Origin: a bacterium
GTDB taxonomy: Bacteria > Pseudomonadota > Alphaproteobacteria > Rhizobiales > JAKIUO01
DNA: 64,000 bases
Assembly: GCA_024228495.1 (NCBI GenBank)
Contig: JAAETJ010000391.1
Coordinates: 2,491-66,490 of the forward strand
Direction of reading: 5' to 3'
In this document: positions 38,674 to 48,919 of the stretch, piece after piece
How the letters are laid out: each line of letters opens with the position of its first letter
Position numbering within the stretch: position 1 is the stretch's first letter
Translations under genes and position numbers: made by a program
Notes under the pieces: generated by a model
The model's input: the letters and a program-made list of their open reading frames with translations, nothing else
Databases searched by the model: none
What the model was told of the DNA's origin: nothing

Positions 38674-39330
38674 ATGAAAAAAGCATTGATCATCTTGTCT
38701 GGAGGACTCGACTCAACCGTGCTCGCCCATGAGGTCGTGGCGGAAGGGGATTACCAGCTTGGCGCACTCTCTTTTGACTATGGGCAAAAGCACACGTGCG
38801 AACTCGCTTGCGCGAAAGCTCAGGCCAAGCTGCTGGGCATCGAGCACACCCTCGTTGCCCTGCCCTTTATCAATGAGCTGTTCAATAGCGTACTATTGAG
38901 CAATAGCGATAAACCGATCCCTCATGGCCATTATGAAGATGAGAGCATGAAACAGACCGTGGTGCCCAACCGCAATATGATCATGTTGTCAATTGCTGCC
39001 GGCGTTGCCCTCTCACAAGACCGCACTGCGCTCTATTATGGCGCTCATAGCGGTGACCATGCGATCTATCCCGATTGCCGTGCTGACTTTGTCGCCGCCA
39101 TGCAACAGGCCCTTGGGCTTTGCGATTGGCAGCGTATTGACCTGCAGGTACCCTTCCTTCATCTAGACAAGCTTGAGATCGTACGACGCGGTGCGGCGCT
39201 GGGCGTTGATTTTGGCCAGACCTGGACCTGCTATACGGGCGGCGACACCCCTTGCGGAAAATGCGGCAGTTGCGTTGAGCGATCAGAAGCGTTTGCCGCC
39301 AATGGGCTGCAAGACCCCGTGCTCTCTTGA
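38674..39330 (+). CDS. queC: 7-cyano-7-deazaguanine (preQ0) synthase
   Basis: PP-loop LSGGLDS. C-terminal Zn Cys cluster WTCY...CGKCGSC. Confidence 0.92.
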   Translation: MKKALIILSGGLDSTVLAHEVVAEGDYQLGALSFDYGQKHTCELACAKAQAKLLGIEHTLVALPFINELFNSVLLSNSDKPIPHGHYEDESMKQTVVPNRNMIMLSIAAGVALSQDRTALYYGAHSGDHAIYPDCRADFVAAMQQALGLCDWQRIDLQVPFLHLDKLEIVRRGAALGVDFGQTWTCYTGGDTPCGKCGSCVERSEAFAANGLQDPVLS

Positions 39331-39873
39331 TTACCGGCCAAGCCGCTCAAAGGTGAAAAGACCATCGCCCCACTGCTGGTATTGTTTGGTTTGATAAATC
39401 TTCATCTCGCTATTTTGCTCAAAAAATACCTGCTCGTCCTTTAATTTCAAATGCTCCAACGGGATGACAATACGATGCAGCACATTGAGGCTTTTCTTGT
39501 AAGCGATGACCTGAAACACTTTGGGAGAGATGGAACCAGAACTTAAAAGCTGTGCGCATTTTTGGAAATACAGCCGCACATTGCGCCGCGCCCCGGAGAT
39601 ATGATCGACCCCGGCGCGATCACTTGCATAGACTTCGAGGAAGTTTTGCCCCTCTTTTTGTATATCTCGATACCAGTCGATCAGTGTCGCCATATCCCGT
39701 CCCAGCCGCTGATAGTCATCAATGGCTTGGCTAATCACCGATGCATGCACCGCATCAAGCTGCGCTTCGGCAGCTTTTTCAGCAGTTTTACCGGCCCGCA
39801 GCCCCGTCCACGCTACGATTACGGCAATCGCCAGTGCGCCAAACTCAATCCAGTCTTTGGTTAACAGCTCCAT
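39331..39873 (-). CDS. Orphan hypothetical protein, N-terminal TM helix + cytoplasmic helical domain
   Basis: 180-codon ORF. TM WIEFGALAIAVIVAWTGL. No family assigned with confidence (loose resemblance to DUF4760-type proteins). Its stop codon abuts the queC stop with 0 nt between them. Confidence 0.55.
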   Translation of the reverse strand: MELLTKDWIEFGALAIAVIVAWTGLRAGKTAEKAAEAQLDAVHASVISQAIDDYQRLGRDMATLIDWYRDIQKEGQNFLEVYASDRAGVDHISGARRNVRLYFQKCAQLLSSGSISPKVFQVIAYKKSLNVLHRIVIPLEHLKLKDEQVFFEQNSEMKIYQTKQYQQWGDGLFTFERLGR

Positions 39874-40006
39874 TTAGAGTCTCTCCTTGTCGGCTAAGCC
39901 ATTTTGGCACGGTTGCAATCTGATACAAGCCCTTGCCCCAGCGCGCGACACCGCTTATATTAGCTCTGACTGATATTAAGTGACCACGGGAAGGGTTAAG
40001 CTCATA

Positions 40007-41011
40007 ATGCAGGAATTGCATCCATTCGCCAAGTTCATTGCCATATTGGGGCGTGGTAAAACCTTGTCGCGCTCATTAACGCTCGACGAAGCAGAAGAAG
40101 CCATGGGCATGATCATTGACGATATCGCCCTGCCCGAACAGCTTGGCGCGTTCATGATGCTGCAGCGTTTTCACGAAGAGACCCCCGAAGAGGTGGCCGG
40201 CTTTGTCAAAGCCATCAAATCGCGTCTTGATTTGCCAGCAGTGAAACCACAGGTCGATATCGATTGGTCGTCTTATGCGGGCAAGCGGCGCCAGCTACCC
40301 TGGTTTGTGCTCTCGGCGTTATTGCTGTCGCAAAACGGCGTGCGCGTCTTCATGCATGGCACCGAGGGCCATACGCCAGGCCGCGTCTATACAAGAGAAA
40401 CGCTTGAGGCGCTTGGATACCCTGTTACCGAAACACTTGAAGAGGCCGCGCAAGCCCTTGATGCGCGCAATTTCGTTTATGTGCCGCTAGAAGGTCTCAG
40501 CCCTAAAATGCGTGACCTTATCGAGTTACGTCCTGTTTTGGGTCTGCGCACGCCGGTACATACCATCTCACGCATGATCAACCCGTTTGATGCGCCCACC
40601 ATGCTGCAAGGCATTTTCCATCGCGGCTTTCTGGAAACTCACACGCATGCTGGTAAATGTCTGGGTCAGCCCATTATGGCGGTTTTCCGTGGGGAAGGCG
40701 GCGAAATCGAACGGCGCGCCAACAAGCCAACCGATGTGCAGATTTTACGTGATGGCGAAGTTAGCATGGAGCGCTGGCCGTGCCTCACCAAAGACCCGCG
40801 TCAACCCGTCGATGAAGAGATGGATGTGCAACGTCTGGCAGCTTTATGGCGTGGTAAAATTGAAGACGAATATGGACAAGCCGCAGTGTGTGGCACGCTG
40901 GCCATTGCGCTAAAATTGCTTGGCAAAGCCGATAGCATTGAGGACGCCGACAAGCTGGCACTGACCATGTGGCAGAGCCGCGACACCGCCTATTTCGCCA
41001 AGATCGCCTAA
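40007..41011 (+). CDS. YbiB/TrpD2-family protein (anthranilate-phosphoribosyltransferase-like fold)
   Basis: LGRGKTLSRSLTLDEA, LGAFMMLQR..EETPEEVAGF, WSSYAGKRRQLPW..LSALLL...GVRVFMHG parallel the E. coli YbiB layout as I recall it. 15 nt upstream of queF. Confidence 0.72.
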   Translation: MQELHPFAKFIAILGRGKTLSRSLTLDEAEEAMGMIIDDIALPEQLGAFMMLQRFHEETPEEVAGFVKAIKSRLDLPAVKPQVDIDWSSYAGKRRQLPWFVLSALLLSQNGVRVFMHGTEGHTPGRVYTRETLEALGYPVTETLEEAAQALDARNFVYVPLEGLSPKMRDLIELRPVLGLRTPVHTISRMINPFDAPTMLQGIFHRGFLETHTHAGKCLGQPIMAVFRGEGGEIERRANKPTDVQILRDGEVSMERWPCLTKDPRQPVDEEMDVQRLAALWRGKIEDEYGQAAVCGTLAIALKLLGKADSIEDADKLALTMWQSRDTAYFAKIA

Positions 41012-41026
41012 CGGTAAGGTACAATA

Positions 41027-41491
41027 ATGACAAAAACTGATGTCTCAAACCTGACCCAGCTTGGTGCGCAAACAAAGCTACCAACCAGCCCTGACAAAGC
41101 AGTGCTGGAAAAGGTGCCAAATGCGCAAAAAGACACCAATGTACTGGTACGTTTTACCGCGCCGGAGTTCACCTCCCTTTGTCCGATGACGGGGCAGCCT
41201 GATTTTGCTCACATGGTCATTGACTATGTGCCGGACCAGTCGCTGATCGAATCCAAATCGTTGAAAATATTTCTGGGATCATTCCGCAATCATGGCGCGT
41301 TTCACGAGGATTGCACCATTGGCATCGCCCGGCGTCTGGTCAGCGAACTTGAACCGCGCTGGTTGCGCATTGGTGGCTATTGGTATCCGCGCGGCGGCAT
41401 GCCCATAGACGTGTTCTGGCAAACGGGGGAACCGCCAAAGGATCTATGGCTCCCCGATCAGGGCGTCCCGACCTATCGCGGACGCGGCTAA
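41027..41491 (+). CDS. queF: NADPH-dependent 7-cyano-7-deazaguanine reductase (type I QueF)
   Basis: [15 protein letters not shown] catalytic Cys motif and ESKSLK..L.SFRN.G.FHE QueF motif. Confidence 0.92.
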   Translation: MTKTDVSNLTQLGAQTKLPTSPDKAVLEKVPNAQKDTNVLVRFTAPEFTSLCPMTGQPDFAHMVIDYVPDQSLIESKSLKIFLGSFRNHGAFHEDCTIGIARRLVSELEPRWLRIGGYWYPRGGMPIDVFWQTGEPPKDLWLPDQGVPTYRGRG

Positions 41492-41515
41492 GTTTTTAAG
41501 TATCAGGCAAACAGC

Positions 41516-41782
41516 TTAAAATGGCCGCCGATCACTGTCTGGCCTATGGTCTGCGCAAATATTAGTGAGGCGATAGTCATAGCCAACCTGACGGCAAACC
41601 TCGGCTTTGAGGTTCGGATTATATCGAATGGCATTATTGCTCACCTTCTGGCCATAAGTACGGGCAATCTTGGCCAAATAATTATCTTCGAAATAAGGGA
41701 GCGATATCTTGCCGTGGCCTTTGACAATCTGGAAGCGTCCCTCACATTTTATCTTTGCTTGCGCACTCAATGTGCAGACCAT
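41516..41782 (-). CDS. Doubtful 88-codon ORF downstream of the aquaporin stub
   Basis: ATG overlaps the stub stop (TAATG). No family recognised. May be non-coding debris. Confidence 0.25.
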   Translation of the reverse strand: MVCTLSAQAKIKCEGRFQIVKGHGKISLPYFEDNYLAKIARTYGQKVSNNAIRYNPNLKAEVCRQVGYDYRLTNICADHRPDSDRRPF

Positions 41783-41973
41783 TAAAAATCCCCACCGGAG
41801 ATACTGCCCACCGTATAGGCGATCATCAGCACCGTTAGACCAAACGCAAAAGATACGCCCAAAAGACCAATACCAACTTCTGGAAAAGCTGCTGCCAATA
41901 CGGCGCTGCCACATACCCACAGAACCAGCCAAAGTGTCCCAGAAATTTCTGCTGCAAGCATATTCATGATCAT
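41782..41973 (-). pseudogene. aqpZ: Aquaporin Z (MIP family) N-terminal stub, truncated just before the first NPA motif
   Basis: [57 protein letters not shown] matches the AqpZ N-terminus (..[37 protein letters not shown]....AVGHISGGHFNPAV). Only 63 of about 230 codons are present. Confidence 0.8.
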
Positions 41974-42196
41974 GTCCCTCTTTAACTAGTCGGCGATCCT
42001 GTTTGGTTCGCACAAGGAGCAATATTTTATTCTAAATGAAGAGGCAGATTTCGATATAGTTGGGTTTTACCAAGAGCGCTTCACTCGCAATTTGTTGACA
42101 CAAGGCATAGCGCTGTCTTTTTTCTCGATGCTTTTAGGGTTACGATATAAACTTAAAATCAAGACAATCTTTGCACGTACACCCATAGGATGATAA

Positions 42197-43237
<1,041 letters not shown>

Positions 43238-43262
43238 TTCACCAACAAGTCCCTGCTCACCC

Positions 43263-44675
43263 TTATTGATCTGTGGATGTAAATCCGCTGGAACTCTGCG
43301 CAGGAGTTTTAGCCTGGGGTCGGCTCAGGGGCATGTCAGTTGCTGCAGTTTTCACAAAGCCTGACGGTTGTGAAGCGGGCGTATCAGAAGCCAATGCCAC
43401 CGTCTCGATGGCTTTTGCAGAGACCATATCAGCTACAGTTGATGTGGGCGCAAAACGTGAGGCAATATCAACGGTGCGCGGAATACCGGCAGGACGTCGA
43501 AGCTGCACAACTGGTTCAACCTCAAAAGTTTCAACAGCTTCAACCGGCTCTGTCTCAACGATACGCTCTTCAGCGATCTCTACCAGTGTCTCAATCTGAG
43601 CGGCTGGTTCTGCTTGAACCTTGCTTTCATCCAGCGCCTCCACTTCAGGTGCTACTTCGACCTCAGCTTCGACTTGCGCCTCGATCACCTCTTCCACAGG
43701 CTCTTCGTTATTTTCATCGACCTCTTCATCACAAGCCTGCGCAAAAGCCTCTTGTGCATCACCAATACGCAGCAGTAATTCGTGTACCGTATTGCGGAAC
43801 GCGTCGCCAGCTGACCCTGGATATTTTGCGGTGAACGAGCGGCTTTCGGGATTAAACCTAGCGGCGTGCTGAATCGGGGCCATATGCGGAATGGCGTCAG
43901 GAAAGCAATTGCTTTCCTCATCATTGGTGAGAATGGCATGATAAATATCGTCTTCCGCGGATTGACGATTTTTCATATTGACCAAAATACCAAGATTTTG
44001 CGCCATCTTTAGATCTGGATTGATTTTTTTGAACTCACGGAACATTTCAAGGCCAGCAATGGCAAGAAAATCTGGTTTCACCGGCGCCAGATGATAATCG
44101 GCTTCGCGTAACCAGATCTCAGTCAACAGCGAGAGGCCTGGGGGACAATCGATAAACACATAGTCATATTTAAGCCGCGCCTCGGCCAAGACGGAACGCA
44201 CAAGGCCGCGCATCTGTTCATGACGATCAGCTTCCGTGACAGCACGCTCAACCAGCGTCAAGCGCAAATCGCCGGGCAGCAGATCAATATTATGGGTATC
44301 ATCGACATCGGACACATGCGAAGTGACAAAATCCTTCCAGTCTGGGGTCTGACCAAGAATCAATGTCTGATGCAATAGCCCGACAAGGGTTTTCCAATCG
44401 GAGCGTTTTTGATTAAGGTCGTCAAACGGCATCAGCATGACGCTAATACTCATCTGGGCATCACTGTCGATTACCAACACCTTTTTGCCGTAATAATAAG
44501 AAAGAGTTTCTGCAATAGCGAGGGTTACAGTCGACTTGCCGACCCCGCCTTTTGCATTCATGACAGCGATTGATGATCCCAGCTTGTTGTTTTCCATGCC
44601 CCACCTTGAGAAGTTGATTATTGATGTGCCCCCACTAGCAAACCCCGGCACTTGTTGTGAAGATATTATTGGCAT
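43263..44675 (-). CDS. Orphan ParA/MinD-family P-loop ATPase with about 150-residue acidic repetitive C-terminal tail
   Basis: Deviant Walker A NAKGGVGKST, VLVIDSDAQ, FIDCPPGLS. The tail is rich in E/V/A/P (EEVIEAQVEAEVEVAPEVEAL...VETEPVEAVETFEVEPVV). An alternative ATG at 44597 has the better SD (AAGGTGGGG). Confidence 0.8.
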   Translation of the reverse strand: MPIISSQQVPGFASGGTSIINFSRWGMENNKLGSSIAVMNAKGGVGKSTVTLAIAETLSYYYGKKVLVIDSDAQMSISVMLMPFDDLNQKRSDWKTLVGLLHQTLILGQTPDWKDFVTSHVSDVDDTHNIDLLPGDLRLTLVERAVTEADRHEQMRGLVRSVLAEARLKYDYVFIDCPPGLSLLTEIWLREADYHLAPVKPDFLAIAGLEMFREFKKINPDLKMAQNLGILVNMKNRQSAEDDIYHAILTNDEESNCFPDAIPHMAPIQHAARFNPESRSFTAKYPGSAGDAFRNTVHELLLRIGDAQEAFAQACDEEVDENNEEPVEEVIEAQVEAEVEVAPEVEALDESKVQAEPAAQIETLVEIAEERIVETEPVEAVETFEVEPVVQLRRPAGIPRTVDIASRFAPTSTVADMVSAKAIETVALASDTPASQPSGFVKTAATDMPLSRPQAKTPAQSSSGFTSTDQ

Positions 44676-44842
44676 GATTCGGGCGACCTTAGGGCGAAGT
44701 TCGACTTCTTTTGCGGTTTTTAACAGCTTTGTTGAAATACGCTAAAAACACCGCACAAAAATAAAATTACCTATATTGGCCTTTTAATTTTCACAGCTTA
44801 GCTTATCCTCTAAGATAGATTGAAGATCAGGACGCCCAGAGA

Positions 44843-45616
44843 ATGACCGACCAAAGCAGCTTTTTTCCAGACTTCCATGTCACCATGGCGCAGCCCTGCC
44901 CCTATCTGCCCGGCAGGCTGGAGCGCAAGCTGTTTACACATCTGCCCCCTGACAAGCCCAGCAAATTTATCGACAAACTCCTTCGTAATGGCTTTCGCCG
45001 CTCACAAAACGTTGCCTACCTGCCTTATTGCAATGATTGCCATGCCTGCGTGTCTGTACGGATCGTGGTCGATCAATTTGAACCCAGCAAGAGTTTCAAG
45101 CGCCTTAAAAAACGCAATATAGATTTGGTAACCGAGCGTGTTAAACGCAAGGCCACAAGCGAGCAATATGAGCTGTTCAACAAATACATAAATGCCAGAC
45201 ATGGTGATGGCGGCATGGCCGACATGGATCGATTCGATTTTTCCATGATGATCGAGGAAAGTGAAGCCGATACTTTTTTGACAGAATATCGTTTGCGGCC
45301 AACGCTTGACGATCTTTCAGACAGCAATGAAAAAAACGCGCCCACCAAAAAAAATCCGCTGATTGCCGTGACCCTTTGCGACCGCTTAAGCGACGGCATC
45401 TCGATGGTTTACAGCTTCTTTGATCCACAATATACACCGCGTAGCCTTGGCAGCTATATGATCTTGGAACATATCGACTATACCCGCAGGCAGGGCTTGC
45501 CCTTTGTCTATCTTGGCTATTGGATCGATGGCTGCCGGAAAATGTCTTACAAGGCTCGTTTCATCCCCCAACAAAGACTGACCCCCGATGGCTGGCAAGA
45601 TGCTGAGGAGGCATAG
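44843..45616 (+). CDS. bpt: Arginyl-/leucyl-tRNA--protein transferase (bacterial Bpt / ATE family)
   Basis: CPYLPGR.ER, NGFRRSQNVAYLPYCNDCHACVSVR, SMVYSFFDP...LGSYMIL, YLGYWI. Confidence 0.88.
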   Translation: MTDQSSFFPDFHVTMAQPCPYLPGRLERKLFTHLPPDKPSKFIDKLLRNGFRRSQNVAYLPYCNDCHACVSVRIVVDQFEPSKSFKRLKKRNIDLVTERVKRKATSEQYELFNKYINARHGDGGMADMDRFDFSMMIEESEADTFLTEYRLRPTLDDLSDSNEKNAPTKKNPLIAVTLCDRLSDGISMVYSFFDPQYTPRSLGSYMILEHIDYTRRQGLPFVYLGYWIDGCRKMSYKARFIPQQRLTPDGWQDAEEA

Positions 45617-45633
45617 CGTCCCATTTTGAGAGT

Positions 45634-46860
45634 TCAGGGGTAAGTGTTGAGGCGGTCGATCATGTCCTCTCGCGACAACGTAAAATCAGCCTTGAGCCAT
45701 GCCTCCTCAAGCTCCATCAGCTTTTTACCAACCGACGGGCCCGGTGACATACCGGCATCCAGCAAATCTTGTCCACTCAACGGAAAGGCCGGCGGTTGCC
45801 AGCGTTCCGGCAGATCATAGAGCTTGCGCCATTTACAATCATCCGCACCTGCGCCCGACAATAGCCAATTGATACCCAGGCTGATTTGATAATTGCCTTG
45901 CAAACGATATGATAAAATGCGCGCGCCTTTTTCATCGAGATCTTGATTGATATCCGTCTCTTGCACCCAAAGCTTAAGCTCGTGCTTTTCGTTATTTGAC
46001 AGTCGCAGCTTACTGGCCAGCATGTCGGCGTCTGTCGTGCTCAACATGAATAATACCCCAAGCCGATTGAGGGCACGCGGGGCCAGCTTGAGCTCCTGCT
46101 CAAATGTCAACCATTTTTGCAATCGCGAGAGATGCGGAACACGGCTGGTCAGCGGCAACAACAAGCCGTGTGCAAACATGATACAAAGGACCTCAAATGC
46201 GTGCGGCATCAATAGTAAGCGCATAAGTTCGGAACTGATGCGCTCCGCTGATAGCGACTGGAGCCCTTGTTGCAACAAGACGCATGCATCAAGACCCGCG
46301 TGATCGACACCGCCTTGTCCATATTGAGCACTGAAGCGAAAAAAGCGCAGAATGCGCAGATGGTCTTCCTTGATACGCTCATGAGCATCACCAATGAAAC
46401 GCACCCGTCGTGCCAGTAGATCTTTATAGCCATCCAGCGGATCAAACACCACACCATCGAGCCCCACATATAGAGCGTTGATGGTAAAGTCGCGCCTTGC
46501 CGCATCTTCGCGCCAGTTCGATGTGAACACGACGCTCGCGTGGCGGCCATCACATACCATATCGACGCGCAACGTGGTGACCTCATAGATTTTATCATCG
46601 ACAATCACCGTCACAGTACCATGATCGAGCCCCGTACCAATGGCTTTGAAGCCAGCCTTTTTTGCCAGCTCCATAACGATTTGCGGCAGCGCGTCTGTTG
46701 CCACGTCAAAATCGTTGATCGGTTCCCCAAGCAAGGCATTACGCACGACGCCGCCGACAAAGCGGCCCGTATAGCCATTATTGGCAAACAACGCGAGTAG
46801 TTTCGTGCTTTGCTCACATTGCAACCAAGCAGCTTCTATTCTTGGAAGAGGTTTGTTCAT
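45634..46860 (-). CDS. cca: CCA-adding tRNA nucleotidyltransferase / poly(A) polymerase family
   Basis: FVGGVVRNALLGEPINDFDVAT head-domain motif and RDFTINAL. Confidence 0.85.
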   Translation of the reverse strand: MNKPLPRIEAAWLQCEQSTKLLALFANNGYTGRFVGGVVRNALLGEPINDFDVATDALPQIVMELAKKAGFKAIGTGLDHGTVTVIVDDKIYEVTTLRVDMVCDGRHASVVFTSNWREDAARRDFTINALYVGLDGVVFDPLDGYKDLLARRVRFIGDAHERIKEDHLRILRFFRFSAQYGQGGVDHAGLDACVLLQQGLQSLSAERISSELMRLLLMPHAFEVLCIMFAHGLLLPLTSRVPHLSRLQKWLTFEQELKLAPRALNRLGVLFMLSTTDADMLASKLRLSNNEKHELKLWVQETDINQDLDEKGARILSYRLQGNYQISLGINWLLSGAGADDCKWRKLYDLPERWQPPAFPLSGQDLLDAGMSPGPSVGKKLMELEEAWLKADFTLSREDMIDRLNTYP

Positions 46861-46866
46861 GCTTGA

Positions 46867-47151
46867 TCAATTCAGTGGCTGGCTGGGTTGTTCGAAATGA
46901 CCAGGGATAATTTTACCATCCTTGATAACTGCTGGGTGATATACCCCGCCAATACCGGTTTGTTCTTTGGAGGCCAGAAAATATAACCCCCCCCCAAGCA
47001 GCAAGATGCCGAGCAGCAAAAGCACCAGCACTGGCGCATCGCTCATAATTTCCTTGTGGCCACGCGCCCCTTTGGCGATCCAGCGCCAACCGCCAAAAAT
47101 CAGGAACGGCAATAATAGCAAAATGGTATAAACCAGCATCACTCGTGTCAT
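46867..47151 (-). CDS. Small two-TM membrane protein
   Basis: Tightly packed between the nudix gene and cca (2 nt and 6 nt gaps). Two hydrophobic helices. Confidence 0.5.
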   Translation of the reverse strand: MTRVMLVYTILLLLPFLIFGGWRWIAKGARGHKEIMSDAPVLVLLLLGILLLGGGLYFLASKEQTGIGGVYHPAVIKDGKIIPGHFEQPSQPLN

Positions 47152-47152
47152 C

Positions 47153-47770
47153 TCAAACTGTCAGCCTTTCTTGTAGCATTTTCAAAATCGCTGCTGTGGC
47201 TCCCCAAATGCGGTACGAGCCGTAATCAATCACATAAAACTCACGATCACGACCGCGCCAGAATATCTTTTCTACCCGATAATGTTCTGCCATCATAAGA
47301 AAAGAAAGAGGCACTTCGAATATTTCTGCGACTTCGCGTGCACAGGGCTTGAGATCAAAGGCCGGTTCAACAAATCCAACGACGGGATAAATGGTAAATC
47401 CGGTGCCCGTGGAATGGGCATCCAGATGCCCCAAAATCTCAATGTGCCGGGCCTCAACCCCTGTTTCTTCATGAGTTTCGCGCAGGGCCGCCGCCTCTAT
47501 GCCTTCATCTTGCGTTGCTATTTTACCGCCTGGAAAAGAAATCTGTCCAGCATGGTGGGGGTGATCATCGGCGCGCCTTGTCAACAAGACACGGGCATTG
47601 CCGGCATGATTGACGATAGCTACCAGCACCGCAGCCGGGCACAAAGCCTCGCTGGACGTGCTTTGCAGCACCCGCACAACGGCGGGCGGACCTCTATTCA
47701 CCGCGCCTCCCAGCTTTTTCAGCAATTCTTTTGCGTAAAAGTCGTTTTCTTGCCTGTTTTCTTGGTTCAT
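47153..47770 (-). CDS. CoA pyrophosphatase (Nudix hydrolase)
   Basis: LLTRRADDHPHHAGQISFPGGK (CoA-ase motif) and Nudix box GKIATQDEGIEAAALRETHEETG. Confidence 0.85.
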   Translation of the reverse strand: MNQENRQENDFYAKELLKKLGGAVNRGPPAVVRVLQSTSSEALCPAAVLVAIVNHAGNARVLLTRRADDHPHHAGQISFPGGKIATQDEGIEAAALRETHEETGVEARHIEILGHLDAHSTGTGFTIYPVVGFVEPAFDLKPCAREVAEIFEVPLSFLMMAEHYRVEKIFWRGRDREFYVIDYGSYRIWGATAAILKMLQERLTV

Positions 47771-47895
47771 TCTAGCAGTATATATGATTGTGCGACCCGC
47801 GTAACAGCACTAACAAATGGATTAATCAAAATGATTTCAGATTTTTTTAAACCAAGAGGTTCCAGTGGACCCTTTGCCATCCTATATTCAACGCT

Positions 47896-48897
47896 ATGAC
47901 AAGCCTTATAGAAACAAGCGACGATCTCGTCGTGCAAATTGAAGCGGCCAGCGAAGAACTCTCCCAAGTGAGACAAGCAGCAGCTTCGGTTATCTTTGGA
48001 CAAGAAAACGTCATCGAGCTGGCGCTCATTACCGTCCTTGCCGGGGGCCATGCCCTGTTGATCGGCGTACCGGGACTGGCCAAAACCTTGCTGGTGAAAA
48101 CCCTTGGCACCGTGCTGGGGCTTGACGAGCGGCGCATTCAGTTTACCCCGGATTTGATGCCATCCGATATTCTGGGTTCTGAGGTGCTGGAAGAAAGCGA
48201 TACGGGTAAGCGCCATTTTCGCTTTATCAAGGGGCCAGTGTTCGCGCAGCTTTTAATGGCTGATGAAATCAACCGCGCCTCTCCCAAAACACAGTCAGCT
48301 CTGTTGCAAGCCATGCAGGAGCATCATGTAACAATTGCTGGCGAGCGTCATGATTTGCCCGCGCCCTTCCATGTGCTGGCCACCCAAAATCCGTTGGAGC
48401 AAGAAGGTACCTACCCGTTGCCCGAAGCCCAGCTTGACCGGTTCTTGCTGCAAATCGATGTGGACTATCCCGATGAAAGTTCCGAGCGGCGCATGCTGCT
48501 TGAAACCACTGGCACCAATGAAGATTTCGCCAAACCTCTTTGGTCAGCAAGAAATCTTTTGAAGACCCAACAACTTGTCCTCCAGATTCCGGTCGGCGAA
48601 AGCGTTGTGGAGGCTATTTTGAAACTGGTGCGTTCAGCCCGCCCCTCAACTGGGGACGCCAATCCAGGCTTGAGGGACATGATTTCATGGGGACCAGGCC
48701 CTCGCGCCTCGCAAGCCTTGATAATGGGGGCGCGAGCCAAAGCCTTGATGGATGGACGCCTGTCCCCTTCCATTGAAGACGTCATCACGCTTGCTGAGCC
48801 CGTGTTGAAACATCGTATGGCCTTGAGCTTTGCGGCCCGCGCTGAAGGCGTGACACTGCCACAAATCATCAGCCAGCTAACCGAAAAACTCGATTAA
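47896..48897 (+). CDS. MoxR-family AAA+ ATPase
   Basis: Walker A GVPGLAKT, Walker B LLMADEINRASPKTQSALL, typical about 330-residue length. Confidence 0.92.
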   Translation: MTSLIETSDDLVVQIEAASEELSQVRQAAASVIFGQENVIELALITVLAGGHALLIGVPGLAKTLLVKTLGTVLGLDERRIQFTPDLMPSDILGSEVLEESDTGKRHFRFIKGPVFAQLLMADEINRASPKTQSALLQAMQEHHVTIAGERHDLPAPFHVLATQNPLEQEGTYPLPEAQLDRFLLQIDVDYPDESSERRMLLETTGTNEDFAKPLWSARNLLKTQQLVLQIPVGESVVEAILKLVRSARPSTGDANPGLRDMISWGPGPRASQALIMGARAKALMDGRLSPSIEDVITLAEPVLKHRMALSFAARAEGVTLPQIISQLTEKLD

Positions 48898-48919
48898 AAC
48901 TGATATTAAAGGTGCATGA

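Noticed and set aside
39905-39917. Sigma-54-like TGGCAC...TTGCA promoter upstream of the ybiB-like gene
   Set aside because: The spacing between the GG and GC elements is too short: TGGCACGGTTGCA has about 1 nt where about 4-5 are required.
41516-42022. 168-codon version of the minus-strand ORF
   Set aside because: Its N-terminal half overlaps the clearly recognisable aquaporin stub in another frame. Only the distal 88 codons are even conceivable, and those are weak.
43273-43872. Several 80-160-codon plus-strand ORFs
   Set aside because: They are antisense products of the repetitive acidic tail of the ParA-like gene.
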